46,580 nt of DNA, taken from assembly GCA_025459245.1 (NCBI GenBank), contig JALOQZ010000001.1, forward strand, positions 1 through 46,580, given 5' to 3'. Origin of the DNA: Pirellula sp. GTDB lineage: Bacteria; Planctomycetota; Planctomycetia; Pirellulales; Pirellulaceae. Below the pieces are notes generated by a model that saw nothing but the letters and a program-made list of their open reading frames with translations, made no database searches and was not told where the DNA came from. Position 1 is the first letter of the stretch. Every line of letters begins with the position of its first letter. Made by a program: the position numbers and the translations under genes. This document shows, one piece after another, positions 1 through 9,518 of this stretch.

Positions 1-115
1 TCAAATAAACTGTACGTAATTTTCCAAAGGCACTCCGCTTCGAGGTTCTTTGGTGGCTAGCCATCGAGAGAAGAATCCCTACAACCTTCACGATCCGCAT
101 ATCCAGTTATTCTTA

Positions 116-183
116 GCGCCTATCCGAAAACCATTAGCCGCTTTGGCGCTAGCCGCGGTTTCCGACGGTTTTCGGATAGGCTC
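116..183 (+). mobile_element. 68-bp MITE/REP-like element, copy 1
   Basis: Terminal inverted repeats GCCTATCCGAAAACC (118-132) / GGTTTTCGGATAGGC (167-181) flank the core ATTAGCCGCTTTGGCGCTAGCCGCGG; near-identical copies at 42562, 43588 and 46357. Confidence 0.8.
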
Positions 184-547
184 CTGCGATTAACTCGAGA
201 CTATGCGTCCCTCAGGAATGCAGATCAACGGCATTCCGACTTGTGTAATGACTTGAGAAAATCTTTGAAATCGGAGCCGTGCAACTCAGCATTCGATACT
301 ACAGTCGGCGAACTAAGAATGACTGCTGCTGTTGATAGATCTCACCAAGAAAACCTTGCTGGTTGGCGAATTCCTACGGGCTGGACAAGCCGGTACGATT
401 TGGTGGGTTATTCTTCTTCATCGTGAGTTCCGTATGCCCCCTACGGTATTGATGGAATGGATCAATGCAGCTCACTCCCTCGACGTTCACGCGGCAGGAA
501 GTGGGAATGGATCTGAATTGTGCAGGAAGAAAGTTGGGGGCACTGGT

Positions 548-3199
548 ATGTTTCAAGATGATGAACTCATCCATGACTTTGTAGTCGAGAGCAGTACACA
601 TTTGGCTGAGATCGAAGGCCAATTATTGGAGATCGAAGCATCGGGCGACAGCATCGACGTCGAACTTGTCAACACTGTCTTCCGCGCCATTCACTCGGTT
701 AAAGGGGCGGCAGGTTTTCTAAGTCTGGTCGTAATCAACTCTCTAGCCCACAGTCTCGAAAATGTTCTCAATATGATTCGCAATCGCGAATTGGTGATGA
801 ACAAGCAGATTGTAAACACACTTCTTAGGGCATCCGACCAACTCCGCTCCTTGGTCGAAAATGTTGAGAGCAGCAACGATGTTGATGTCCGCGACTTGAT
901 TGAGGAACTGGACAGCATTGTTCGGCGAGATCCCTCTCCGACCGAGTCGGAGGTCATCAACACCTTGGAAGAAATGGTTCAGGACGCTTTAGTCCTTGAC
1001 GATCAATCGAATCCCCCAGATCCACAAGATACAGATCCGCAATTCGAGGAGATCATGGAGAACAAAGAGACCGATGCAATAATCCCCCGTACCGTTAGCG
1101 AAAGGGGCAAGGAACCTGCGGCATCTCCAAACAAACCAAAGGCAACAGACTCCATCGTTCGTGTGAACGTCGCCGTTCTCGACCGTTTGATGAATTTGGC
1201 TGGTGAATTGGTGCTCAGCCGAAATCAGTTGCTAGCAGCTGTCGCTCGCGGAGGCCGTGAAGGACTGGATACCGTCGCTGCTCGCGTCGATCAAGTCACA
1301 AGCGAACTACAAGAAACGATCATGCAGACACGGATGCAGCCTATTGGCACCGTGTTCAATCGATTCCCCCGTGTCGTTCGGGATCTCAGCAGCAAGCTGG
1401 GGAAGGAATGCGATCTGATCATCGAAGGGAACGAAGTCGAGGTTGACAAAACGATTGTCGAGGCGATGGGTGATCCTCTAACACACCTCGTACGTAACAG
1501 TATCGACCATGGAATTGAATCGCCAGCCAGGAGAGCAGCGGAAAACAAGCGCCCGACAGGGACTGTTCGGCTGCACGCATTCCATCAAGCGGGTAAAGTT
1601 TGCATCCGAATTGAGGATGATGGGGCTGGAATGGATCCCGTGAAACTAAAGACAAAAGCGGTTGAGAAAGGAATCATTTCAGGTGAGCAAGCCGCAGTCA
1701 TGACCGACAGCGAAGCATTGCGGCTCATATTCGCTCCTGGCTTCTCGACAGCCGCCGAGATTACCGATGTCTCCGGAAGGGGCGTCGGTATGGATGTTGT
1801 AAAAACGAATATTGAGCAACTGGGTGGAACCGTCGATGTGGAGAGCGAGCTCGGAATCGGCTCCGCGATCCACATTACCCTGCCATTAACCCTGGCTATC
1901 GTTCCATCGATGATCGTCAGTTGCGGAGGTGAGCGTTATGCGATTCCACAAACGAACATCGCAGAACTGGTGAGAGTTCCTGGTTCGGAGGTAGAGGAAA
2001 AGATTGGACGCATCCATGGTGCCGAGGTGCTCCGTTTGCGAGGTGCGCTCCTGCCGCTCGTCCGCCTCGATGAAGCCCTCGGGGTGGTTCGCCCTGTTGA
2101 CTATCAGCCAGAATCAAACGCAACCAGCATTCTTGTTCTCGAGACGGGGCAGATGCGTTATGGTCTCGTGGTCGATTCGTTGCATGACAATGAAGAGATT
2201 GTCGTGAAACCGCTTGGAAAGCATGTGCGCGATCTCGGATACTTGGCCGGTGCAACGATATTAGGGGACGGCTATGTCGCCTTGATATTGGACGCGGTAG
2301 GCATTGCAATGCACTGCAACCTCCGAAACGTCGACTCGGTCCTCGTCAATGAGCAGCAACAAAACAAGACCGCATCGGAAGTCCATCGTCTACTGTTGTT
2401 CTCCAATCACCCAGAAGATCATTTCGCGATCCCAATGGCAATGGTCGCTCGAATCGAACGAATTAAAGCGTCCGAGATTAAAGTGGTTGGTGGGCAGAAC
2501 ATCTTGGTCTATCGAGGTACGTCACTACCAATCCTTAGATTGGAACAGAACATTTCCGCTCTCTACCCTGAAACCGAAGAACAGAATTTGTTCGTCATCA
2601 TTTTCAAGATACAGGATCGAGAGATTGGGTTGGTGGCCCCGACCCTTCGCGATATCCGGGATATTGAAATGATTATCGACTCCAAGACATTGAGAGAGCC
2701 TGGCGTGCTAGGAACGGTGGTAGTCGACGACGCACCGACACGAATTCTTGATTTGGTCGAGCTCGTTCGGATTCGTTACGCCGATTGGTTCCAACCCGAA
2801 ACTATAGCCCAACCCGGAAAGTCATCGCATCCCACCTCTGTGTTGCTTGCGGAAGATTCCGATTTCTTCCGCAACCACGTGACGAGAACTCTCGAAAGCG
2901 AAGGGATAAAAGTCGTCGGAGCGGTCGATGGATTAGATGCTTGGGAGAATTTGAAGACCATGGTGGATGAAATCGACGTAATTGTCACGGACATTGAAAT
3001 GCCCCGGATGAATGGTCTCGATTTTGCCAAGGCGGTGAGAGCTGATAGTTCCACCTCAAAATTGCCGATCATCGCACTGACTAGCCTCGCAGGGGATGAT
3101 GATCGCGATCGAGGTACCAAAGCAGGTATCAACGAATATCAAGTAAAAATGGATCCGGCTCGGCTCATCGACGCCGTGAGACGCCTAGCTACTGTTTAA
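548..3199 (+). CDS. cheA: Hybrid chemotaxis histidine kinase CheA (Hpt-dimerisation-HATPase-CheW-CheW-REC)
   Basis: Hpt motif FRAIHSVKG, LDRLMNLAGELV, HLVRNSIDHGIE, DDGAG, GFSTA..DVSGRGVGMDVV, two CheW-like domains, C-terminal receiver (AEDS..TDIEMPRMNG..K). Start placed at ATG 548 (MFQDDELIHDF); the ORF track extends to 332. Confidence 0.95.
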   Translation: MFQDDELIHDFVVESSTHLAEIEGQLLEIEASGDSIDVELVNTVFRAIHSVKGAAGFLSLVVINSLAHSLENVLNMIRNRELVMNKQIVNTLLRASDQLRSLVENVESSNDVDVRDLIEELDSIVRRDPSPTESEVINTLEEMVQDALVLDDQSNPPDPQDTDPQFEEIMENKETDAIIPRTVSERGKEPAASPNKPKATDSIVRVNVAVLDRLMNLAGELVLSRNQLLAAVARGGREGLDTVAARVDQVTSELQETIMQTRMQPIGTVFNRFPRVVRDLSSKLGKECDLIIEGNEVEVDKTIVEAMGDPLTHLVRNSIDHGIESPARRAAENKRPTGTVRLHAFHQAGKVCIRIEDDGAGMDPVKLKTKAVEKGIISGEQAAVMTDSEALRLIFAPGFSTAAEITDVSGRGVGMDVVKTNIEQLGGTVDVESELGIGSAIHITLPLTLAIVPSMIVSCGGERYAIPQTNIAELVRVPGSEVEEKIGRIHGAEVLRLRGALLPLVRLDEALGVVRPVDYQPESNATSILVLETGQMRYGLVVDSLHDNEEIVVKPLGKHVRDLGYLAGATILGDGYVALILDAVGIAMHCNLRNVDSVLVNEQQQNKTASEVHRLLLFSNHPEDHFAIPMAMVARIERIKASEIKVVGGQNILVYRGTSLPILRLEQNISALYPETEEQNLFVIIFKIQDREIGLVAPTLRDIRDIEMIIDSKTLREPGVLGTVVVDDAPTRILDLVELVRIRYADWFQPETIAQPGKSSHPTSVLLAEDSDFFRNHVTRTLESEGIKVVGAVDGLDAWENLKTMVDEIDVIVTDIEMPRMNGLDFAKAVRADSSTSKLPIIALTSLAGDDDRDRGTKAGINEYQVKMDPARLIDAVRRLATV

Positions 3200-3248
3200 G
3201 TCTAGCGATTCCATCATCGCACCCAGTTGGTGTACAAGCGAGGTTAAC

Positions 3249-3722
3249 ATGTCGAACAACCATTTGAACAACAATAGATCTGTCCAATACACAACGTTCT
3301 TTTGCAACAAGGCCGTTCTCGGATTGGAGATATCCTATGTGCAAGAAATCAACCGAACGATCAATTTGACTCGCGTTCCGCTTTCTCCGCCCTGCGTCCG
3401 GGGTGTGATGAATCTGCGAGGAGAAGTGGTAACGATGCTTGATTTGCGAATCCTCATGGGGCTCCCAGCGGGAGAACCATCGAAACGATCTCGCAATCTC
3501 ATTCTCAAATACGACGGTGAAGTTTTCGGGCTTTGGGTCGATGGTGTCGCTGATATATTGACTATCGACAACAACCATATTGCTCCACCTCCTTCCAATC
3601 TATCCATGACGGAATCGAAACTGATTCGGGGAGTGTATCAGGCAGAGAAAGGGCTCGTCATGTTGATCGAGCCGAAGGAGCTGCTCAACACATCACTCAC
3701 CATGGCTCGCGTCGCGGCGTAG
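3249..3722 (+). CDS. cheW: Chemotaxis coupling protein CheW
   Basis: VQEI..TRVPLSPPCVRGVMNLRGEVVTMLDLR and FGLWVDGV motifs; AGGTT-type RBS upstream; follows cheA. Confidence 0.93.
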   Translation: MSNNHLNNNRSVQYTTFFCNKAVLGLEISYVQEINRTINLTRVPLSPPCVRGVMNLRGEVVTMLDLRILMGLPAGEPSKRSRNLILKYDGEVFGLWVDGVADILTIDNNHIAPPPSNLSMTESKLIRGVYQAEKGLVMLIEPKELLNTSLTMARVAA

Positions 3723-3753
3723 TCTCTCTGCCTCCATCCTACCTTGTGCTCCT

Positions 3754-4923
3754 ATGATGCAATTGTCTGCCGCAACCGGTGCGCCGATTCGCGTATTAGT
3801 AACAGACGACTCTCCCATCTACCGCCGATTGATCAGCGACGCACTGTCTCGACTTCCAAACGTTGAGGTTGCCGGCACCTCGTTCGATGGCGAGGACTGT
3901 TTGCGTATGCTCGAGAGACTAAAACCTCACTTCGTGACTCTCGATATCAATATGCCGCGTCGAGATGGCCTGTCGACTCTGGAAGAAATACGAAAGCGTC
4001 GCATCGACACGCACGTTGTCATGGTTAGCTCCCCAAACGCACAAAGCGCCGATCAAACGATGAGAGCTCTTCGCAATGGCGCTCTTGATATGATCTTCAA
4101 ACCAGAGGGGGATGACTTCGAAGCAAATCGAAAGTCTTTGGAAATGCAGTTGCTCCAGCAAGTCGAAACGGTTCGGAGTCTTGCCAAAACCGCAATCGCT
4201 CGATCGAGGGACTCTAGCGGATCCGCCGGCATGCGATCGGCTAATCTCACGTCGGCGATGAAGGCGGCATCGAGTGACGCATCGCGATCGGTTCACTATG
4301 TGGTTTCAAAGTCGAATCAATCGCAACCCGACGCCCGAAAGGGAGTTTTCGAATGCCTTTGCATCGGAGTTTCTACAGGGGGCCCCGCCGCTCTAGGAGT
4401 ACTATTGCCCCAGCTTCCGCAACGTCTATCGGTTCCGATCTTCATCGTGCAGCATATGCCTCCGATGTTTACGAAGAGTTTGGCGGATCACCTTAGCCAA
4501 TTGGGGCCAATCCGAGTTTCCGAAGCCATTCATGGCGAGCGTCCTCTGCCCGGGCACGCTTACATAGCCCCAGGCGGAAAACAAATGCGGGTTGTGCGGA
4601 CCGGAAAAGAATACCGAATGGAGATTACCGACGAGGAGTATGACTCACCCAGCAAACCCAGCGTGGATTATCTATTCGAATCGATTAATGCCGCCTATGG
4701 TCGGAATACATTGGCGTTGATTATGACGGGAATGGGTAGCGATGGTCTGCGAGGTTGCAAGAAACTCCACGCATCAGGTGCTTACATCCTGGCACAGTCC
4801 GCTGACACATGCGTCGTCTACGGAATGCCTCGACAAATTGTCGATCATCACTTAGCCTCCGAAGTGGTCCCTCTACCCGCAATAGCAGCTAGAATTGGCG
4901 AACTGCTAAGGAACACTCGATGA
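3754..4923 (+). CDS. cheB: Chemotaxis response regulator protein-glutamate methylesterase CheB
   Basis: N-terminal receiver (VTDDS..TLDINMP..DG); catalytic motifs GVSTGGP, VQHMPP, KPSVD, MTGMGSDG, VVYGMP. Confidence 0.95.
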   Translation: MMQLSAATGAPIRVLVTDDSPIYRRLISDALSRLPNVEVAGTSFDGEDCLRMLERLKPHFVTLDINMPRRDGLSTLEEIRKRRIDTHVVMVSSPNAQSADQTMRALRNGALDMIFKPEGDDFEANRKSLEMQLLQQVETVRSLAKTAIARSRDSSGSAGMRSANLTSAMKAASSDASRSVHYVVSKSNQSQPDARKGVFECLCIGVSTGGPAALGVLLPQLPQRLSVPIFIVQHMPPMFTKSLADHLSQLGPIRVSEAIHGERPLPGHAYIAPGGKQMRVVRTGKEYRMEITDEEYDSPSKPSVDYLFESINAAYGRNTLALIMTGMGSDGLRGCKKLHASGAYILAQSADTCVVYGMPRQIVDHHLASEVVPLPAIAARIGELLRNTR

Positions 4924-5897
4924 ATACATTGACGACGGCGCAAATCAAATTTGTGTTTGACTTTGTCGAGGAGCTCTGCGGGATTGCACTCGAGGAATCC
5001 AAAGCATACTTAATCGATGTTCGCTTCGCGGCATTGCTTAAACGCTTCCAAGCCTCCTCCGTTCTCGATCTGATCGATAAAGCAAAACAGGCCACCGGTG
5101 AGCCCATTCGCCGGGCCATGATTGAAGCAATCACGACTCGAGAGACACACTTCTTTCGCGACACCAGTATCTTTGATGCGTTCCAGTTCAAAGCCTTGCC
5201 TGAACTGCTTGATCGAAAAGTCAAACGAAACTCTTGCAAGCTTCGTATCTGGTCCGCCGCCGCCAGTTCTGGACAGGAGGCTTGCTCCATCGGGATGGTC
5301 ATTCACGAAATGCTCCCGGACATCGCGCGTTGGGATATTCAGATCCTCGGCACGGATATCTCGCACGAGGCTCTGGAGAAGGCTCGCAAGGGAATCTACT
5401 CGAGACTAGATATCGAACGCGGCTTGCCTGCCAATCTTGTTTCAAAATACATGAAACCACATCCGGAAGGATACAAGGTCGCGGATTCGGTGATGAGGCT
5501 CCTTCGCTACCAAGAACTCAATCTCTTGCATCCGTTTCGCTTTCAAGAACCTTTCGACATCATCTTCTGTCGAAACGTCGCGATCTATTTCGAGAAGAGG
5601 GTCAAAATCGACCTGTTTCGAAGAATGCTTCCAATCCTACACAAGGACGGCTATCTCTTCGTCGGAGTCTCGGAATCTCTTTTCGATTGCGGGCCTGAGT
5701 TCAAGCCACAATCGCACTGCAGAGGTGCCTTCTACCAGCCCCATTTAACCATGCAATCGCTACAAACACCTGCGACTCCCGTGCAGGGAAAGAGCAATAG
5801 CCCTTTTTCATCGAGCCCGCAAAGTCGATTGCCGAACCCTCCTCCGAGTGGATCGTATTCGTCCTCGAGTTCGAAAACGGGATACACACCTCGATGA
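4920..5897 (+). CDS. cheR: Chemotaxis protein-glutamate O-methyltransferase CheR
   Basis: TTRETHFFRD, RIWSAAASSGQE, GTDIS, FDIIFCRNVAIYF, GYLFVGVSE; ATGA overlap with cheB; Ser/Pro-rich C-terminal tail. Confidence 0.95.
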   Translation: MNTLTTAQIKFVFDFVEELCGIALEESKAYLIDVRFAALLKRFQASSVLDLIDKAKQATGEPIRRAMIEAITTRETHFFRDTSIFDAFQFKALPELLDRKVKRNSCKLRIWSAAASSGQEACSIGMVIHEMLPDIARWDIQILGTDISHEALEKARKGIYSRLDIERGLPANLVSKYMKPHPEGYKVADSVMRLLRYQELNLLHPFRFQEPFDIIFCRNVAIYFEKRVKIDLFRRMLPILHKDGYLFVGVSESLFDCGPEFKPQSHCRGAFYQPHLTMQSLQTPATPVQGKSNSPFSSSPQSRLPNPPPSGSYSSSSSKTGYTPR

Positions 5898-6208
5898 GTC
5901 CATTTCAGATTCTCCGGTATCTTTGCAGCTTTGCGATAGCCATATACGGCGTTTGCATTCTGCTGTCGTCCCCGAACATCGCAGACGAACCTATGCGTGA
6001 ATCAATGTGGGGGACTTCGCAATTGCACTATGAAGTCCTTAGCCGCCCGGCGAGCAAGCATGGTGATATCAAACCGCGCACCAGCGCCCCACAAGTCGTA
6101 CGTCCGGTGAAGCCTTACGCTTACGGTTGGTTTGGCGCCACGCCTAGCAAACACTGGTATCGTCAATTCGGACACCAAAACAGCTACACGCAGTACTCGC
6201 TCCGATGA
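5894..6208 (+). CDS. Small secreted/membrane-anchored hypothetical protein
   Basis: ATGA overlap with the cheR stop; hydrophobic N-terminus; aromatic-rich C-terminus PYAYGWFG..HWYRQFG..YTQYS. Confidence 0.65.
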   Translation: MSPFQILRYLCSFAIAIYGVCILLSSPNIADEPMRESMWGTSQLHYEVLSRPASKHGDIKPRTSAPQVVRPVKPYAYGWFGATPSKHWYRQFGHQNSYTQYSLR

Positions 6209-6272
6209 CCAATCGCATCGCCGGTTTGCAATCGAGCGATGCCAATGCGAACGCAGCGAGAACCTCGGCCGA

Positions 6273-9200
6273 CTACTTTCTCTTTTTGAAGACGCTTGAG
6301 CCAGCATCGCCTCGCGTTAGCAGGTATGCCATCAAATCAAGGACCTCCTCTTGATTGAGCTCCTTAAGAAGATCCTTTGGCATCACCGAAACAGACGATG
6401 TCTTTTGACCGATGATATCTTTTTTCGCGATCGTTTGCGTTTTCGTTGAGTCCTCTGGGTCTGTTAGCACCAACAACTCACTTTCGGATTCGGACAGGAT
6501 GCGACCGGTGACATTCCCGTCCTCCGTGCTGATGACCACTGTCTTGTATTGATCCGAAATGACTTTGCTCGGATCCAAGATCGCTTCGGTTAAATCGCGT
6601 GCATTGAACCTACCTGCCACCTGCGTCAGATCGGGTCCCGTGGCACCGCCCTCACCCGCGAATCGGTGACAGACGACGCATTTCGCCGCGGCATACATCC
6701 GCTTTCCGTTCTCAAAGTCTCGGCCTTGGAGACCTCGGTCTACCGCCGTGGAAACTTCATCGATCGAATACTCTTTGCCCGGTCCTTTCGCTTTGGGGAT
6801 CTCCTTGGCAACAAACGCCGGAGTTCGCAGCCCCAAGGCTTCGATTGATAATCGTTCCACATCCGTGCAATGAGAGTACGCGTCATTGCTAATATTGGTC
6901 AAAAATTTTTGGTAGCTGTTTCCACCGCTCCAACCTTGCGCTTTTTTGAACCACTCAAAATAGGCTCGTCTTAATGCTGGTGTCCAGCCGCTCTTTTGTT
7001 CGCGCAATACAAAGGCATAGTGCATCTGTTGCAGATCGGGTTGGTTGGCTAGCATCGAGGCAATCGAAGACCCGTAGCCTCGATTCCTTTCGAGAAGCTC
7101 CTTCGCCACATCGACGTCTTGTGCCGATTTTTTCTCCAGAAGCGGGACGAACATTGCTGGAACGCGAGGTGAGTCCAGCGCGACCAACAACGCGCAGAGT
7201 TCGCGATTAACACGGGAGTCCTCGCTTGGGAACATCCCCTCCAATTTGCGAATCCAAGCTTCGGACGCGGCGGCTGCAGGTTTTCCAAGTCGAATCATGA
7301 CGACTTCCAGCGTTCGCAAGTAGTCCCGTTGCTGCGATGTTGTAAGGGAGGACCAATTCGCTTGTTCTAAAATCTTGTAAATATCGTTCTTTCGAGCAAC
7401 AGCTCCTGATCTTGCCGCACCTAAGCATGCTTGTAGCAAGCCATCGATGGAAGCGTTTCGAGTGGCATCCGACCACCATCGCGTTTCATCGATCCTCTCG
7501 AGAGCGATACGTGCCGCATAACGAATGTAAGGATCGGAATGCCCTAGATGCTTGACTAAGAAGTCAACAGGTACCGACGAATCGGCATGTGTGTCCCGGT
7601 GCCAAGCTTCGATTTCGCGACGAAGTTTTCGCAACTCGGCTCCCTGTTCGAACCTCGGATCAACAGGGGCAATGGACTCGTTACCTTTGTAGGTCACTCG
7701 ATACAGTTCGGATTGAGTGCCTCGGCCACCAACGGTGAAATAGAAAGCACCATCCTTGCCGACCAAAGCGTCTGTCAGCGGGAGTGGTGAACGAGAAAGA
7801 AACTCCTCTTTGACAGCTCGGTAGGTGGATCCATCGGGTTCCATATGAATCGCATAGATCGTGCCGAAGGTCCAATCGCAAATGTAGAGTGCACGCTGGT
7901 AACGGTCTGGGAACTTGGCTCCATAACCAAATGACACGCCGACGGGAGAGCCAGGACCGATATCGACCAACGATGGAAGGCTATCGACGTAGTCAGTCGG
8001 CCAACAAGCCGTACCGCTTCGCCAGCCAAACTCGCTCCCCGAACTGGCATGGACAACCCGGGTCGGTCGGTACCAAGGTGTTCCAACATCCCACTCCATA
8101 TCGGAGTCGTACACAAACATGTCCCCCTCTGCATTGAAATCAAAGTCGTATTGATTGCGATAACCAATGCTGAGGATCTCCCATACCTTGCCTTCGGGAT
8201 CGCATTGAGCCATCCAACCGCCGGGAGCATAGATTCCTGTTGCGTGGCCATTGGCGTCCCACTGTCGTGTCGAAAGCACGTCTTCGTCCCATGTTGGGGC
8301 AATACGGCTCTTCATGTTTTCTGGCAAGTTCGCTCGCAGCGGTTCCTCTCTCAGCCCCCCCATCCGTTGAATAGGGGTTTGGAGAACACGGTCCGCAGGG
8401 AGCAAGGTGTGATTTCCTGCAGCCACTACGATCGATTTGCCATCTGGAGACAAACGCAAGGCGTGAGGGCCATGCTCACCGCCACCGCGAAATGATGCCA
8501 GCTTGATCTTCTCATCGAATTGATCGTCACCGTCCGTGTCTCTTAAACGATAGAGCCCACTTCCATTCCCATTGACAGAAACATAAAGACTATCAAACGC
8601 GAACAGCAATCCTTGCGCGGAGCTGATATCTGCATTGAGCTTTTCAACCCGGGTCGGTTCGCTGGAGTCGATCGGGGCAGGAGTGATTCGAACCAGTCCT
8701 TTGTCCCCTTGGTCGCTCGCGATGATCCTACCCTTTGGATCGAGCGCAATACAAACCCAGGAACCAAGCTCTTCTTTAGGAACGGAGAACAGTCGCTCCA
8801 CTTGGAAACCTGGCAGGACTTGGAAATCCCGTTGCGTGGCCGCCCCTGCTCGATCCAATACCCGCTTCCAAGGCCCCTCGCCGTATGCGGAAACGAGCCT
8901 CGCTGCCTTTGATTTGCCCTTCTTGTCAGTCGCTTGCCAGCTTTCATCCGATCCCACGGCAGACAACTTCTGGTCCTTGTCGATCAATCCGATTTGGCAA
9001 ACGAAACCGGAGATCCCTCCGGCATTGGACACAGTCGCTTCTATGCGATTCTCGCCAGGAACAAGCAGACTCGAGATGTCCCTTTCCAGCGGGGTTTCCC
9101 AGCTGTCGCTCTGGCCGGCATCTTTGCCATTCACCTTGACCGAGACGATGTTATCGCAGGACGCGATGAGGAATCCCTTGGTGTCGGTTGGTACGGTAAA

Positions 9201-9434
9201 TGTCTTTTTCAGTACATACACCTGATCATTATCGTCACCCCAAATCCACTTCGGACCATCTCCTTGCTTCAGAATGGCTCCGATGTCAAAGGAATGGCTC
9301 GGAGCCTGCGATTGATTTGTTGCAGCGATCTCAGGGAGACTCGAAAACGTCTGCGAAAAGGCTGGCGAAATCGGAATGCAAAGAAGGGAGAGGAAGGCTA
9401 AACGCAACGGGTCTTTAGAGAATTTCATTCGCAT
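6273..9434 (-). CDS. PVC-type heme-binding dehydrogenase-like protein (signal peptide, jelly-roll-like N domain, beta-propeller, HEAT-like repeats, C-terminal cytochrome c)
   Basis: Signal peptide; DTDGDDQFD loop, GEHGPH, GYRNQYD propeller motifs; C-terminal CVVCH plus GPDLT..AILDPS..SVMP, typical of the Planctomycete putative heme-binding domain. Confidence 0.85.
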   Translation of the reverse strand: MRMKFSKDPLRLAFLSLLCIPISPAFSQTFSSLPEIAATNQSQAPSHSFDIGAILKQGDGPKWIWGDDNDQVYVLKKTFTVPTDTKGFLIASCDNIVSVKVNGKDAGQSDSWETPLERDISSLLVPGENRIEATVSNAGGISGFVCQIGLIDKDQKLSAVGSDESWQATDKKGKSKAARLVSAYGEGPWKRVLDRAGAATQRDFQVLPGFQVERLFSVPKEELGSWVCIALDPKGRIIASDQGDKGLVRITPAPIDSSEPTRVEKLNADISSAQGLLFAFDSLYVSVNGNGSGLYRLRDTDGDDQFDEKIKLASFRGGGEHGPHALRLSPDGKSIVVAAGNHTLLPADRVLQTPIQRMGGLREEPLRANLPENMKSRIAPTWDEDVLSTRQWDANGHATGIYAPGGWMAQCDPEGKVWEILSIGYRNQYDFDFNAEGDMFVYDSDMEWDVGTPWYRPTRVVHASSGSEFGWRSGTACWPTDYVDSLPSLVDIGPGSPVGVSFGYGAKFPDRYQRALYICDWTFGTIYAIHMEPDGSTYRAVKEEFLSRSPLPLTDALVGKDGAFYFTVGGRGTQSELYRVTYKGNESIAPVDPRFEQGAELRKLRREIEAWHRDTHADSSVPVDFLVKHLGHSDPYIRYAARIALERIDETRWWSDATRNASIDGLLQACLGAARSGAVARKNDIYKILEQANWSSLTTSQQRDYLRTLEVVMIRLGKPAAAASEAWIRKLEGMFPSEDSRVNRELCALLVALDSPRVPAMFVPLLEKKSAQDVDVAKELLERNRGYGSSIASMLANQPDLQQMHYAFVLREQKSGWTPALRRAYFEWFKKAQGWSGGNSYQKFLTNISNDAYSHCTDVERLSIEALGLRTPAFVAKEIPKAKGPGKEYSIDEVSTAVDRGLQGRDFENGKRMYAAAKCVVCHRFAGEGGATGPDLTQVAGRFNARDLTEAILDPSKVISDQYKTVVISTEDGNVTGRILSESESELLVLTDPEDSTKTQTIAKKDIIGQKTSSVSVMPKDLLKELNQEEVLDLMAYLLTRGDAGSSVFKKRK

Positions 9435-9518
9435 CGTAGGGATGTCGGTGGGTAGAGGCGGGAGAGAACTGGAGTGCCTCTATGATAACAAAAGCGATCG
9501 ACAGATTGGATAGGTCGA

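Noticed and set aside
332-547. 72-codon N-terminal extension of CheA in the ORF track
   Set aside because: Begins at a TTG with no recognisable domain; the Hpt domain starts right after ATG 548.
6215-6242. GCATCGC/GCGATGC hairpin between convergent genes (also GGCGAAA/TTTCGCC near 27237-27258)
   Set aside because: Short stems with long loops and no U-tract; insufficient to call intrinsic terminators.
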